This document shows positions 11,801 to 26,017 of a DNA stretch of 64,000 bases, piece after piece; the first letter of the stretch is position 1, and every line of letters starts with the position of its first letter. Under the pieces are notes generated by a model. The model was not told where the DNA came from. It did not search any database and saw only the letters and a program-made list of their open reading frames with translations. The translations under genes and the position numbers were made by a program. Source of the stretch: Paraphysomonas bandaiensis (lineage: Eukaryota; Protista; Chrysophyceae); NCBI GenBank assembly GCA_965644295.1, contig CBFFRP010000298.1, forward strand, positions 620,001-684,000. Reading direction: 5' to 3'.

Positions 11801-14800
11801 AATGAGCCTTGCGTCAATGTGGTCAGAAGAATGAAAGAAATAGCGAACATGTTAGGAACTGAAATACACCCTCCACTCTATGAGCTGGATAATGTGTTGA
11901 CGCAACTCTGTTACTTCATAAGCAGTGGTTCTAACTTGTATAGTCATCATTTTTCTGAGTATATTGCACAGCATGCTAGTGGAGGCGTGCTTCCTTTTGG
12001 TCAGAGAATGGGAAATTTGCTGCATGATGCTAACACAATGGCGATTGCAGCTCTTCGACGATTGTTGGAAACAGATGACATATCGTTGAGCGACTTTGCT
12101 GAGGGAGGCGTGGATGGATTTATGCAAGGACTGTGTGGTAGATCGAAAGAAGATGTTCTCAAGGAGCTGAAGATAATAACGGACTTCATGGAACCGAATA
12201 CCGCTCAGAACATTGAAATTGACGATGTGCAGAGTAAAATGCTGCGCGTGAAGCATGCAGTGAAGCTTTTACGCATTCAAAGTGTTCTTGGAAAAGCTTT
12301 AGACGCCTGTATGAGCCCTGAAATCGGCCTCATTAAAAATGTCACAGCACTGGGGTCTTCTACGTCTGATTTGTGTGATCTAGATTGTATTAGGCGTGAT
12401 TTAGAAACTCCTGGCGCAATAAAACTTTCACAAGTGTCTCATATTTTGGTTAGGTTACAGCGGTTGTTAAATGGACTAGAGGTTTCACATTTACAATTGC
12501 TTGCTGAGTTGGCGAACTGTCATCAGCTGTTGGTGTTTCTTCAATCTGAGAAAGATTTCGAGGGGCAATTGCAACTCCACACGCAAGACATGCAGGGTAC
12601 AGATATCGGAGAGAAAGTTTTAACAGACTTAGACATAGCACACAGATTTTTGAAGTCTTTGCAATTAACTGAGGCAAGAGGTGCTGGTCCAGGATTTACT
12701 CTGTCGAACTTGACAAGTTTACTAATTTCGGCCGTACCGTCAGAAGCAGATGCCCTTGAGAAACTTGCCGCGGTAACATCTGCTTCCGAACATATGGCTG
12801 AGATATCGTTGTGGTTTAGCGGGGGATCTGCAATATTTAATCTACAAAAGCTTCTCTCTATGGTTAGAAAGTACCTTACTGATGGAACATTTATCTCAAT
12901 ACTTTCTGATGATATCAATATGTCGTCGTTACAACTGCGTGTTAGGCGAACCGACACACGCACGGAAAATGTAAAATCAGAAGTTCTTGTCGAGTTAGTT
13001 CGAGGAGTTGTGCTCAGTAGGGGAGAGGCATCAAGTGACGAGGATCGACAAGTACTTGACTCCTTTTTAAGAGCCTATGATCATGCCCAAAGAACTCACA
13101 ATTTACTCATTCGTGCTAGACTTAATAGCGTACCACACTTTTATAATGTCAGCGTTTATGAAATCTCGCTTTCCACGGATTCTAAGGCCCATTCACAGGT
13201 AGAGTTGGAGATCAGCCAGTGGTATGAAGAATACACAGCGATGTTGAATTCTTGTAAACGCCTTCACTTTCTGTCTAGAAAGCAGATAATGACTTGTCTC
13301 CATCGACTGTTGTGTGACGGTAACACCACTAACCTCTCCGGTTACGTCCGAATGTGCTTTCCAGATATCGACGGGCAAGTACCTTCTATATTTGAACAGC
13401 TTGTCAGCATGCTTAAATCTGACAGCAAACATACATTTATTGGTAATCACGCTGAAGCTCTCCGAGAATGCCTGCGAATTTTCTGTGAAACTTTGAACAA
13501 CTGTAACCAGATGTTATTGGAATATGGACTCATCATGGAAACAGAAAGTTACATTCCTACGAATAGTGGTGTAGATATCACGCAACCTATGCCAGTGGTT
13601 ATTAAATCTTGTTCACGTTTGCCCCATGTGATTTATACTGAGCTTATTGAACGATATGAAGGCGCTCCGCTACCGTCGCAAGTATTGTGGTGCACACACA
13701 ATACCACTGCGGACGAACTGCGAGATTTCGTGTCTAGAGCTAGTGCCTGGCCGTCCATACGTTTTGCATTTATGAATGTTAACATGTTGCGTGCCATCTC
13801 AAGGGATGTCTTATTAGAAGCATGTCTCGATACGAATGCGGGCCTAGCACTTCATCCTAAAGTATTTCTTTTCTTTTCAGGAGATAATGGTCTCGATGCT
13901 TTCTCCGTTCTTCGGAACGAGTGTGTAGACGACAGTGATGTACAATCAACGTATTTGCGAAATGTTGATACTGCTTCAGGAATGAGCCAGCTGTTTCCTC
14001 AAGTTAACATCATTTCAGGAGGACCGTGTGTTGGAAAGTCTACGTATATACGAGATCAGCTCAAAAGTATTTTGGCGAATGAAGAGAATTCGAAGAGTTT
14101 AACTGTTAGTGTTCATGAGAACTTTCTCTTGAGCTCCTTAACACAGCAGTACACAGAGGAATGTGCATCTGCTACTGCTGTTGGTTTACACATTAACGTC
14201 TTCGCCCATTCCGTCTATCGCGCTGTTGATAAGATCGATTTACAGGAAGAAGAAAAAGAGTTAATATCCCATCTACATCGATCAACTCAGTTTTTACACG
14301 CCCTTATACACTGTGGACTTATTGTGGACGATCTATCGGGCACCGTTGTTCAACTGAATGCGGTATCAAAGCACTACTTTTTTCTTGAACTACCTTCAGT
14401 TTTATATTGTGACGGGACATCGATTCGCACATGTCCAGCGCACAACACGCCATGTGAATCACATATATATGCTTCTCATTTATCTCCAGCCGTGCATGCA
14501 AAAACATTGCACGTTGAAGTGAACAGCAAGAGTGTTCCGTTTAAAATATCTGAAGCTGCACGACTTGTCGCGTATTATGTAGACAAAGCAACAAACCATA
14601 GTCGTATCGATGAATATCCAACAGAAGCAATAGTGACACCTGATGTATTTTCTGATGCTGATGCGCGAAATGCACTCGAGGTAATTTGGAATAACGAACT
14701 GTTCGTCGAGGAACCTAACTATCGTACAAAAGATAAATTCATTCGCCTAATGATAATCAGAATTCGCTTTTTGATCGATTATGTTCCGTTTTTTAGATAC

Positions 14801-17800
14801 GAAAGTCAGGAATCTCGTTGTTCAGACGCCATAAATAAGGCGGAGACACTAGCGCAGGACTGTATGAAGGTGTTCCTACAAGAAGTGATATCAGTGTGCA
14901 GTCAGTTGTCTGGGGATTGGTCAAAAGCTCCTTGTGCTTTTACGGTGAGGTATAATTCTGGAAGCAGATATCTATTAACATGTTTATGTGGAGACAATTA
15001 CTTACGCAAAATTCCACAAAATATGGTCGATACAGTTATGTATATTGATAACGCATGTGATAATCCTGCACTATGGGGAGAGTTGAGAAGGGAGGTCGCA
15101 TTCGCATACCAAATGGCAGACACTAATCGTGCTCTCGAACTTTTACAAGCGCAAAATTATATTCTCACCCCTGATTTTGCTGTGAAATTGCTCGTACTAA
15201 AGGATCTTCATGACGCAGGCTCCACTGTAGTTTTGCAAGGAAGTACAGGAACTGGAAAGACGGAACAAATACAAATGCTTTCTCTTTTACTGAATAACGG
15301 TAGCGATCTAACACCGATGATGACCCAAGAAATGTATTCTCTTCTCTCAGAACTTGTCGACTGCAATATTCTATCTCCAACGAATGAAAACCAAGCATTA
15401 TTATTTGAAAATAATGGTGAATTACGAAAAAACCAGAAAAATGCTTTTGATGTAAGTTCTTTTTATGTATTTATGCAAATGAATGATGTACTCTAATAGG
15501 CATTTTTGCTATATCTTGAGGATGCATCTGGCAATTTCATTGATGCAGCTGGTCCAGTAGTTGCGAACTACTTCCTGAAGTTTTACAAGAAATACAAGTA
15601 TCTACGGAAAACTGGTCTTGTCAAAAGTGTATTGCGTGCTTTTGAAGGGACTGGTGATAACTCAGAAGAAAATAGCCTTGAAGCAGTTCCTGATGTTTTT
15701 GATATTGCTGATGCGATGACAGCAACTGACACATCTGAATCGGCGGTTTCTGGACGTAGCGTGTTCAAATCGTGTGGCGAAATGTTGTCATTCTTACGTG
15801 AAATTTCGAGTGAACTGGAAGATATTTTTTTTGTTATTCGCATGCATGAAGGAATAACAGCGAACCACTGGCGACAAAAGGTGTCTCGCATAGAGTGTGC
15901 AGCTCTTCGTATGCCAGATATCAATATTGTGGCCTTTGTTGATGAATTGAATACATCTGTCATTATGGGAATGGTAAAGGAAGTAATGATCGATGGAACC
16001 ATGGATGGTCGCGTCTTGCCATCAAATATATTTTGGGTAGGTGCAACCAACCCTGTTTCATCCCACGATACACTTTCAAAGGGCAACGTGCCTAGTTTAG
16101 ATTTGACTTTGTCTAATGTGGGAATTGATGACGATGATGATATCAATGAGTATATTGTAAGATCTCTTCTACCTTCATTTGAATGTACTGTGCTTGGTGT
16201 GGGCAGCCTCGCTGTGGAGCAGGAGAAGAATTTTCTTGCGGCATACTTGTTTGACAAAAACCTTGGGTTTGCATCCGCTATAGGGCAAGACCGGAATATA
16301 CTTCCGTATACATGGTTTTCGTTTATGAGGAATTTTATATTAGCATCGCAAGAATTTGTTCGTAAATGCGGTATGCACAGAACTAAAGTCAGTATTCGCG
16401 ACTTAATGCGAACATTGCAGCTGTATCAGGTTTTCAAATTATATTTTATTTAACTCTTTCTAAACTATGTATTACAGTTTTTCTTGAATCCTCGAATTTC
16501 AGATTTCTTCATTCCACGAACGAATGCGACTTCTATAAATCCTTCAATCACAGATTTCACGTGCGTGTGCTGGTGTTCGCTTTGCCTTTCTGTCGCTACA
16601 GTGTACTATTTGCGTCTCAGTAGTGGCCGGTCTAGAAATGGCATCGGTGTCAGCACTGAGAGTGGAAATGACTTGCGCTCTCTCTTTGTCGCGAATCTTT
16701 TTCAGGTAATATACGAGTATGATGAAATAAGCCAGTTGAACGAACAGCTTCCGTTTTTGGGGGTATTTGAAAGCTCCTTGCTGCATGTCTTTCAGTCCAC
16801 TTCTATTCCAGCTGGAATAGCGCCTACACGTGCCCTTCAAGAGAATGTGTTTGCATGTGTTACTTGCTTTTCGGCCTGCTTACCTGTAATAATAACTGGA
16901 CCTCCAGGGTGAGTGACATATCTAAGAGTGAGTGACATTGTGACATATAGTTATCGTGTATATAGGTGTGGCAAGACTTTAGCAATGCAAATTGTGTTAG
17001 ATAATATGAAAGGTGCGTCATCTCCCAACAGTAATTTTCAGCGATTAAAGAATGCGAACCGATTTACGTATCAATGTTCTGAAGGCAGTGCTGCGAGTGA
17101 AATAAAAGCTGTGTACGAGAATGCTCTTCAGCGACATTCCCGGTTCACTCGTGCAAGGATTTATTCTGAACGGTGTGTGGTGTGTTTAGATGAAGCATCT
17201 CTTCCACGTAAGCGTCGAGCTGCTCTGAAGGTCACACACTATTACTTAGACAGGTCTCGTGATTCCGACCGTCCAGTAGTATCAACTATTATGTTGACCA
17301 ATAGGACACTAGATGCAGCGAAAACAAATCGTGCTGTACAACTATTACAGTCGATGCTATCTTCCGATGACCTGTATGCTTTGGTGAAAGGTTGTTTAAT
17401 GACCGGTGGAAGAATCCCGCATACTCAACAGACTATGATAAGAGGGTTATGTAATGCTTTCCAAACAATCGAACAGCTTTATGATATTGAAGGGAGAAAA
17501 AATGTATTTCAACTAAGGGATTTTATCTTCTTTTTGCGATACTTAAGACGAGGTATATTATCAAAAGCATCACGTGGAGATGGCGCAGCACGATTAGCAA
17601 TTTCAAGCAATACTTTCGTTCTGAGTGCGATGGATATAGTGGCGTCACTTCGTCGAAATTTCAATGGCATGCAGCCATCTCAATTCGAAAATATAGTGAA
17701 ACACTTTTTGAGACACACTGGTCATGATCAAGTTGTCAGCGACCCGAAGCTATCTCAATCTGGAATGTTCGAGCCTAAAGTATTAGAGACTTTGAGAGAA

Positions 17801-20800
17801 TCTTTGGATGACAGTATTGAGGACGGTGAAAATCCGAATCACTCTGCATTTAGACATATAATGATAATTGATAAGACTGACACCGAATGTGGGATTTCCC
17901 TTCTTTTTGATATGAAGTTTCTTAACCCAGACACGACTGACATTTGTCATTTAGCTGATTTCTCTGATGACACACATGACCGACAGAAAAGTGAACTTGC
18001 GGCTCGCATAAAATATTCAATTGAGCAAGGACGCACTGTAATATTGTCGAATGCACAGAGTATTTACTCTGCATTCTACGACCTTTTCAACAAGCACTAT
18101 TCTTCAGTTCGTGTGGGCTCGCAAAATCCTGATGGTACTGTCGGATCCCGGCAGTACTATGCAAACATCGGTATTGGCTCGCTTTCAAGACCTTGTATTG
18201 TACATCCCAAGGCCAGAGTCATCGTTCACGTGACGCGATCAGAGTTTGCTAAGATACAGCTTCCATTCCTTAACAGATTTGAAAAATACTCAATTTCTTT
18301 GAAAGATGTTGTATCTGAAAAGCTTTGTATGCTCTCGCGAAAGAGCACTCTAGTACCATCAAAGCTTAAACTTAAAGCTGAATTGTTTAAATTTGTAATG
18401 GATGGAGTGCGTCACTTTGTTAGTTTTTTAGGAGAAGGTGCCTTCTATGGCGTAGTAGCTGACGAAACTATAGCAGCGCTTATTCTTCGGAGTATCAATG
18501 ACAGTGTAGCAGCTGAAAGTGATGTGCCTTTATTTCAATCTGCTAGACATGTCAGCGCGAATAGCAGTTCTAATACTCTACATTATTCATCTGCGAGTAT
18601 TTTACCGGATGATGGCGAGGGAGAAGCTATGCATATTGGAGATGAGGGTGACTTGTTGCCTTCCGAACTTCCTTTCGGCAGTGTTGAGGAGGATGTAGAT
18701 GATCGATATGACATTGAAGCATCAAGAAATTCTCTTGGTTTGTCCTCAGACCCGTTTTGCAATATCGACAAGTATATCCGGACTGTTAATTTCCAGTTAC
18801 TGCAGGTATTTGATTGTGTTTTGTTTATTTCGTGATTAATATAGTTTTTCTCCTGTGTAAGCTTGTGCGACCAGAGGTATGTTGATTTAGTAGCTTTGAC
18901 AACTCGAAATTTATAAGTTATATTTTCTAGGTATTATTCGCTAGGCGTAAAGAACTCCCGAGGGCATACCTGGAAGAAGCGCTTCAAAGGCAGGAGCACT
19001 TTTCTGCGGTTAACCTAATTCGCGGGTTGTCACTGTCGCACTGGCAGAATTCTCCAAATGTGTTCCCATCATCTGACACCAACGTATGTACAAAATGGAC
19101 CATATTTACCCGGACAAGCAGTGAGTTGTTGCAGCTGCCATCATCGTTTGACAGTCAGAAGCAACTCCTCCCTGTTTTAATTCGAAATGAGTTAGAAAAC
19201 CAGGACAGAAAGGTTGCCAAGAAAATGGTTCACGTTGTGTCACTGTCTCAGTTTCATCGCAGCATGGATTTTGAAGATGATATGAATGAATTTTTTACTA
19301 ATGATTCCCAAAACCTAAAGCACCGACGTCTATTAGTTCTGATAGCTGATAGGGGAGTCATATCTTCTTCTCAAGTTTCGTTTGTGATGAGGGCTGTGGG
19401 GTCTTGCACAGACAGGCTTGCTGCTGAGTCTCGTCCACTTGTAGTTATTATTCAACACTTCAGTGTTGAGCGAACACACCTCAAATCTGTGTATGATGCG
19501 CTACCATTTGCTGGTTGGGATATGTATTATGTAGACTCCTTCGGATACTCAGAAGATATATTTATCTCAACCAGAACTCCTGGTGCTAAGGCCACCAGAA
19601 CTGTTGGCAAGGAAAATAACTGGGCTGAAGAGGAGAAGCAAGGAATGTCTGCATCGCGGTGCACAGGACCAGTGTGTACATCGTTATCTCATTCTGATAT
19701 GGCTGACATTCGATCCTGGATGCTAGTTGCATATGGGCTAAAAGACACACCGTCTAAGAATGACGCTATTATCGAGTTTTCGAAGTCCGCTTTGTCAGAG
19801 ATCAAATACATTGGCTCGAATATGTACGGTGTCCGTAGATTAAAAAAACAATTGCAGGATATGGGTATTTCGAGATCATTGCCGGTATATCTTCTGTCTC
19901 GAAATAGCGGTGGTGGAGAGTGGTTGCATTCTTTTTTCAGTTCGCGCACATACTTACTGCATGAAGTACTGTCGCATGTAACATCTGCGTGGGGTTCAGT
20001 TCTGCACAGAGCTGTCAGTTTTTCAGTTTCTTGCTTGAGTGAAGGTCGGTCATCTCTTGGTATGATGGATCACACACGTGTGGCGCTCGCGAATTTTTTA
20101 AAGGGATTTGTTAGATATGTTGTAGTTCAGCTTGCTAATGATTATGGTCTGGAATCTCTTGCGGGCCTTCCTGTAGATTCCGAAGGTGGTCAACTTGATG
20201 CGAGTCCTGTTGTGAAGTTTGTCATATTAATGATAAGAAGTATGCATCCTCCCTCAGAAGAATCTCTGAAACGCTATGCTAACTCTAATGTAGTGACGAT
20301 ATCTCTTGATTCTTCGTTTGTTTGCGAGACGCCGTTGTTTCATTTTGTTGATCAAGCTCTGTCTACTATCAAGAATGAAATTGTGATGAAAGAAACATCC
20401 GCTGGCTTGGGGAGTGATAATTCCCTCCACAAAAAGCTTGAGTTGGAAGTACAGTCGCACACCCAACTCGATGAAGCTATCCGGGTGTTGTCATCAACGC
20501 CGATGCTGCATTCAAGATTCATTCGTGATTACATTCGTGCGGCATTACCCCACATTTTACTCACTGATGAGGAAATGGATGTTCTTGAAAAGGTGCTTTT
20601 GCTGCAGGAGAATGTGTCGCTTTTGATGCTGTATGCGGAGCCGAAAGAGGAGCATATTCTTGTGGATATACTGGCCGTAATCTCACCGTTGAAGTCACTA
20701 AGTACTATTCCGAATAGCAGGTGGAACGTGGGAAGTGTTCTTCAGTTTTTGGATGGACAGAGTGTGGCTGGTCCGGGCAACAGAGATTCTGACAAAGGCA

Positions 20801-23800
20801 TAGTTTATGATCTGGAGTCATTTGTTTCTAATTTAACTTGGGATGCATTGCTGGATATTGTCGTTTCAGATAGTTGTGAAAGCACATTAGAATGTCTTAA
20901 GTGCTGGGTTATAGCTGCAAGAGACTTAGGGAGTTTCAGCAGTTCGCACATGCAAAACACCGAGTTACTCCGTTTTTTATTGATGCAATTCATTCACACG
21001 ATAGTATCACAGTACTCAGGCGAAGGCGATATATACCAAGCCCTGGTGAAATCTATTCGCGCACATCTCCGTGATATCGAAGCTGATGAATCATTCTCTG
21101 TTTTGAAAGTAACGATGTCACTTCTACATGACACTGTGAAGACAATACATGTGACAGATCAACAGCGCGCTGATGTATATCGCTCTGTTTCGTCGGTAAT
21201 ATTTGATTCTATTTTTCGAAACCACTCTGGATATACTGATACTGATCTGAGAATATTCGTGAGTGCTTTGCTTCGAGTGGGATATGATTCTTACCACGAA
21301 GCCGTCAAAGTTTCGGTATCTTATATCCACAGTGCGATGATTACCAGTTTGCTTTATGCTCTATTGGCTGATGATTCCTTGCGATTTTGTGGAGTTGTAG
21401 ATTCATTGATGACAAGACCACTCCCCTTGTATCATGGCCTGGTAGTGTTGTCGCCAATTCGAGACGCTGTACAATCTCTGCCTTCAACACTTCCAGTAGA
21501 CTGTATTCCTGATCTACAGAAGTTTCCTGAAACAGTTGTGTCATTTCCGGAGCAGGGTTTTGTAGACGCTTTGTTTTCAGCTATGGTAAAGAAGTATAAA
21601 CAAGATGTATCAAGTCGCACGTTTTCTGTTCAATTGACAGATATGTATGGAATATACACCAGACTCAGTAAAGTTGAAAGCTCAGCGTCAAAAATTGGAA
21701 TGACTGCATCTGCTGTTGGTTTGGTAACGTACATCGCTTCGTCACTCTCACGCGATAGAGATTTGATTGCTCCGGTCGCGGCATTTAGCGGTACACTGCA
21801 GAGTTTATTTTCTGCACATCCGGTATTGATTCCTTTATTTGTGGCATCTTTTGGTACAGATGCTTCAATGATGCAATTCTTAGGAGACCAAGAGAGTGTT
21901 ATATCGATGGGACTGCCTGAGGCTTGGTTCATGGCACAAGAAATGTCTGCAGAAGAGTTGTTTAGATGTCCGCCTTGTATGATCTCGACCAGACAACCTC
22001 TGTCGGTGGAGTACGCGGAACTGCGTCGCACGCTTCATCGATCGGACTTAAGCGCCGAAATGCTTTGTGATTGGGCTCGAGATCGCTGTGTTGATGATGA
22101 AAGGACTCTTAACTATCGAATGATGCTTACACTCGCATCATACCACGAAACATTTTCTCCTATTTGTAATGGAAATGAACGGGGAATCCTCATTTCGAGA
22201 GTGATCTTGGAGTGCTTAGAGATGAGACAGTTTCAGGAATCCTTATCATTGACCGGCGATGAACAATCTATTTTGCGATGCATCGCTCAAGGTCCCCACG
22301 ATATTTTGTGCAGCACTCACGACGGATTAATGTTCTATTTTTCGCGAGGAGAATGCCAGGATAAAGTCAGTGCGATGCACCGTACAGCAGCAGTGAATAC
22401 TATGGCGATGATTTTAGGCTCCAGAAGAAATGCGTGCTACTATTACAACTGCTGTTTTCATACTGAAGACATGCACTCGAGTCAAGGGCTTGGATCCGGT
22501 TGGGGACGAATATCCAAGGACTGTGGCTATCAAACTACGTTCAGGAAAGGTGTTTTGAGTTTCGATGATCATGCACCGAACCCTGCAGGGGCCAAATTTG
22601 GAGAAATAGTCAGCATGCGCGCTATCAATAATTACTTCATCTGGATAGCCTTTGCATGGGGAGCATGGGTCCGCATGGACCGATCTCCTCGCCTCACAGA
22701 TGCGTACACTTGGACGACAACATATCCCGATGATTATGCACCTGGGTGTCCAGATGTAACTGACAAACAGAGGATACTTGGAACAATATACGCTAGAGCT
22801 TACAGCTTCTTATCGATTTTGCAAAGTGATCCTAGACTTAATCGAATTGGCGTGGATTTTGAACTTTATATTTCACTGTGTTCTTATCACACTGCCCTCA
22901 AACTCTCCACCTGTACTGACCAATATGGATACTTTAGCAACTCTAATCTCGAAGATGCAACGAATAGGCAGAAAAAGTGCATGAAATACCTGTCACGTAT
23001 CTGGAACGATGCGGAAAAGAGCGTACCTGGTGTGAGAAAGGAATATCTTCAGAACAATGTTGCTAAAGTAGAATCTATCATTGCATTCAAGAGAGGATGG
23101 TCAAATGCAGTTGATGGCATAACATCTTTACCGGACAAAGCAGCCATTGATGCTAAACTTGTTCTTGAGGTGCCTTCTGATGGGGAAGACCTGCACAATA
23201 TACAAAATCGATGCCGTCTTTTTATTGCGTCAGTACTGGGCAAACTGGATAGACTGAATCTGAATTTACACTTGCCGATAATTGTACACTTCTATAAGTG
23301 GGTTCACAAGAACTTGTCGTATCGAGTGTGTACTACGGAGCAGTATATTCCTATTAACACTGCGATTGACAAAATCGACGATGCTGAACTCAGGAGATAC
23401 GGACACACACTTTTTAACAATTTTTTGGTATCATGGAATTACTTAGTTCAGACAATGGGTGAATTAAATGGTGTGTGCCCTACTGCAGCTGCAGCTGGGG
23501 AAGCTGAACTGCCCCCTCTGCAGCATGACTCTTTGCTGTGCCGCATCTTGAGTACTGGTGAACCGGACGCAGAAGATGTCATCATGCGATTGATGAAGAA
23601 TCAGATAGGACCACAAAATGAATTATTAGATTTGGACGAAGCTAAAGAACTGTTAAGCACGTCGTCACCGTGCTCTATCAATCCGAACTGTACTTTGGTT
23701 AGCACAAAGGCAGGGAAGTTTCACTTATTGACATTACCTCCATCTTCTTCAACCCAGAAGTGTCCATTCTTGGCTGGTGTTGAAGATGTGAATGTGTTGT

Positions 23801-26017
23801 ATAACCAGATTGCTAGTGTAGCAACACGACCGCTAGGATACAGAGAAAGCAGTGGTAATGAAACTTCTGGATTTTGTTTTGATTATCGAGCTGCGGCAGT
23901 GTTTTTAATTAGATTATTAATATCCGGGAAGCCTAGTCTAGTGTTGCACCCAAGACCCGCTTACTTCACCTTTATTCCTGATGTACAAGACCGCGCGTCT
24001 CAACCCATTGACTCTAACTCAATTGAGACTTGTGGATTATTTGACCCCGTGTGTCGTGTATTACAACTAACGAGGGACCTCAGAAAAGAGTTTAAATTTC
24101 ATGAGCACAAGATCTCCAGTAGTGTTGAAATTACAGCTCTTTTGCGACAAATTCGAGATGAGAGTACGTCGTTTCAATATGTTAGTATGGTGTCAACTAT
24201 ATGCGAGGAAATTATTGCTAGCTTACATATGGGCGCAAATGAAGAGGACGGTGCTCATAGGCGGAGGGATATATGTCTCAATATGCCTGTGCGGTCTCTA
24301 CTGAGCTCAAGTCTTCCTGGTGGTACGATTCGTGCTGTAGCGCAGCTTTCTGTTCGTTCGACGATTTTGTTTGCTGAATCAGTGTGTCGTGTGCACACGA
24401 ATAGAGAATACATGTTTAGTTCCATGCAGCATAAACACATGATGGCTCCCCTGAGTCCGAATGTGGAGTCTGTACTCCGGAATAATATGGATAATCTATT
24501 GTCCGTAAGTTTAGGCACTGCACTAAATGGTGTTTTGCAGAAAGTACAAGAGCTAATTGAACTGCTCACATCAGCTTCAACTCGACATACGCTACTTGAA
24601 AATCAGCAACATGTACTTCTTAATAGCATTCCTGAATTGAGAAACATTTTGACAGGTAATTCTGGTATCGCTGATAGCGTTCAGTACGAATGGGCGATTT
24701 TTATATCAGAAGTTGAAACTGTAAGAGTAGAAAATGTGGTAGCTTTTCTTCGTATTCTTTCAGAATTTTGTTCGAAAGCAACTGCCAAACTAACGTCCAA
24801 ACCTCAAGCTTCTGGTGACGCGACCGACGTGATTTACGCGGAATTGGTACGATACTCTATGTACAGCTATCAACCTCTTAATCTATGTTTCGTAGGTACC
24901 GGAGGATATGCAGGTCTTCCAATCTCTTGGGGCAGATGATATAGTGGAGAATGAAGCTCACTCGAAAGTCGAAGCACACAGTGCCCTTCATCTTCCTCCG
25001 GCGGTGCTGCATGATGACATTGTGGAGAATGAAGCCCAGTCGAAAGTCGAAGAAGCACATAGTGCCCTTCATCTTCCTCCGGCGGAGCTGCATGATGACA
25101 TAGTGGAGAGTGAAGCCCAGTCGAAAATCGAAGAAGCACATAGTGCCCTTCATCTTCCTCCGGCGGTGTTGCCATGTTCTCCACCTCTGAGTGCGGCAGA
25201 GGAGAGAAAAGAATCTCCATTTTCGTCACATATGACTTCTGTAATTACTCTGGGCAAAATGTGGGGCTCTCCAGTCGCTGATTTGCTAGAGCTGTCAGAT
25301 AGAATACCTCATATTTTCAATTTTTATGATGACGGTGAGAATTATTTCGTTAAAACTGAAGATATCTCATCCGTACTGAATAAAATAATGACCAAGTTAG
25401 TATCCATATCAACATTCGATAAGTCGTTGGAAGGTATTGAAACTGGCGTTATCGTTTCAGTGCTCCGAGCACATGACGTTCCAGTGTTTTCTATCATGCG
25501 TGAACTGTACATACTCGTGTCTGATAGCGCTGTGGCAATGGACATACTTGGTGGCGATGCTGATGTATCCGATGGGTTTCCAATTGAAACACCAGAATTG
25601 GGGACTCAGACGAGTGTCGAAATAGAACAGGGATTCAGAAATGGGGATAGCCCCTGCGAAAAGAAGACGTTGACTGATACCTCTGCATGTTGGAATATTT
25701 CCGTTGATAGTTTGATTTACCTGGCTAAATGTGGCATACTCAAGGTTAGCCCCCCTCCTGGCGCCATTGTAGGCCAAACTCCAGTGGATGTGTCGTGGAC
25801 TGTTGAGGCGAAAGATATGTCTGAATTCAACGATGTTGTGAGTGCGAAACTTATAGACCTGAGCCACCTTCAAAATGTGTTTGACAAAGTCAACGTTGTT
25901 GATATCGTCCGAAAGTGTGGGATATACGTCATTGAATGGGGTATGTACTGTTACATTACGCTAGACAACCAGGATAGGGCCACACAAGCCTGTATTGACG
26001 CTCATATGACATTATAA
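8841..26017 (+). CDS. Giant RNF213/mysterin-like AAA+ ATPase with E3-module homology (~5,500 aa); 5' start tentative
   Basis: Exons join in frame at GT-AG sites: 9189-15451, 15500-16429, 16478-16908, 16966-18805, 18862-18876, 18931-24846, 24896-26017, plus small probable 5' exons. RNF213-type motifs occur in the expected order: GPCVGKS, LQGSTGTGKT, FVDELNT, VGATNP, VSIRD, ALQENVF..GPPGCGKT, YQCS, VCLDE, LDAAKTNR, LRDF, RRNFNG, GRTVILSN..IYSAFYDLFNKHY, CIVHP, PFLNRFEK, FLVSWN, FDY...ISGKP. Confidence 0.88.
24935..25170 (+). repeat. Coding tandem repeat, 3 x 78-81 bp (DDIVENEAxSKVEEAHSALHLPPAxL)
   Basis: Three near-identical units in the last exon of the RNF213-like gene. Confidence 0.95.

Noticed and set aside
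24935-25170. Possible CRISPR-like array
   Set aside because: Contiguous in-frame coding repeats with no unique spacers, no cas genes, eukaryotic context.
9200-26017. Treating the six large ORFs as separate genes, or invoking frameshifting or stop readthrough
   Set aside because: Each break has a canonical ~48-57 nt GT-AG intron that restores frame; one splits Walker A (GPPG|CGKT).
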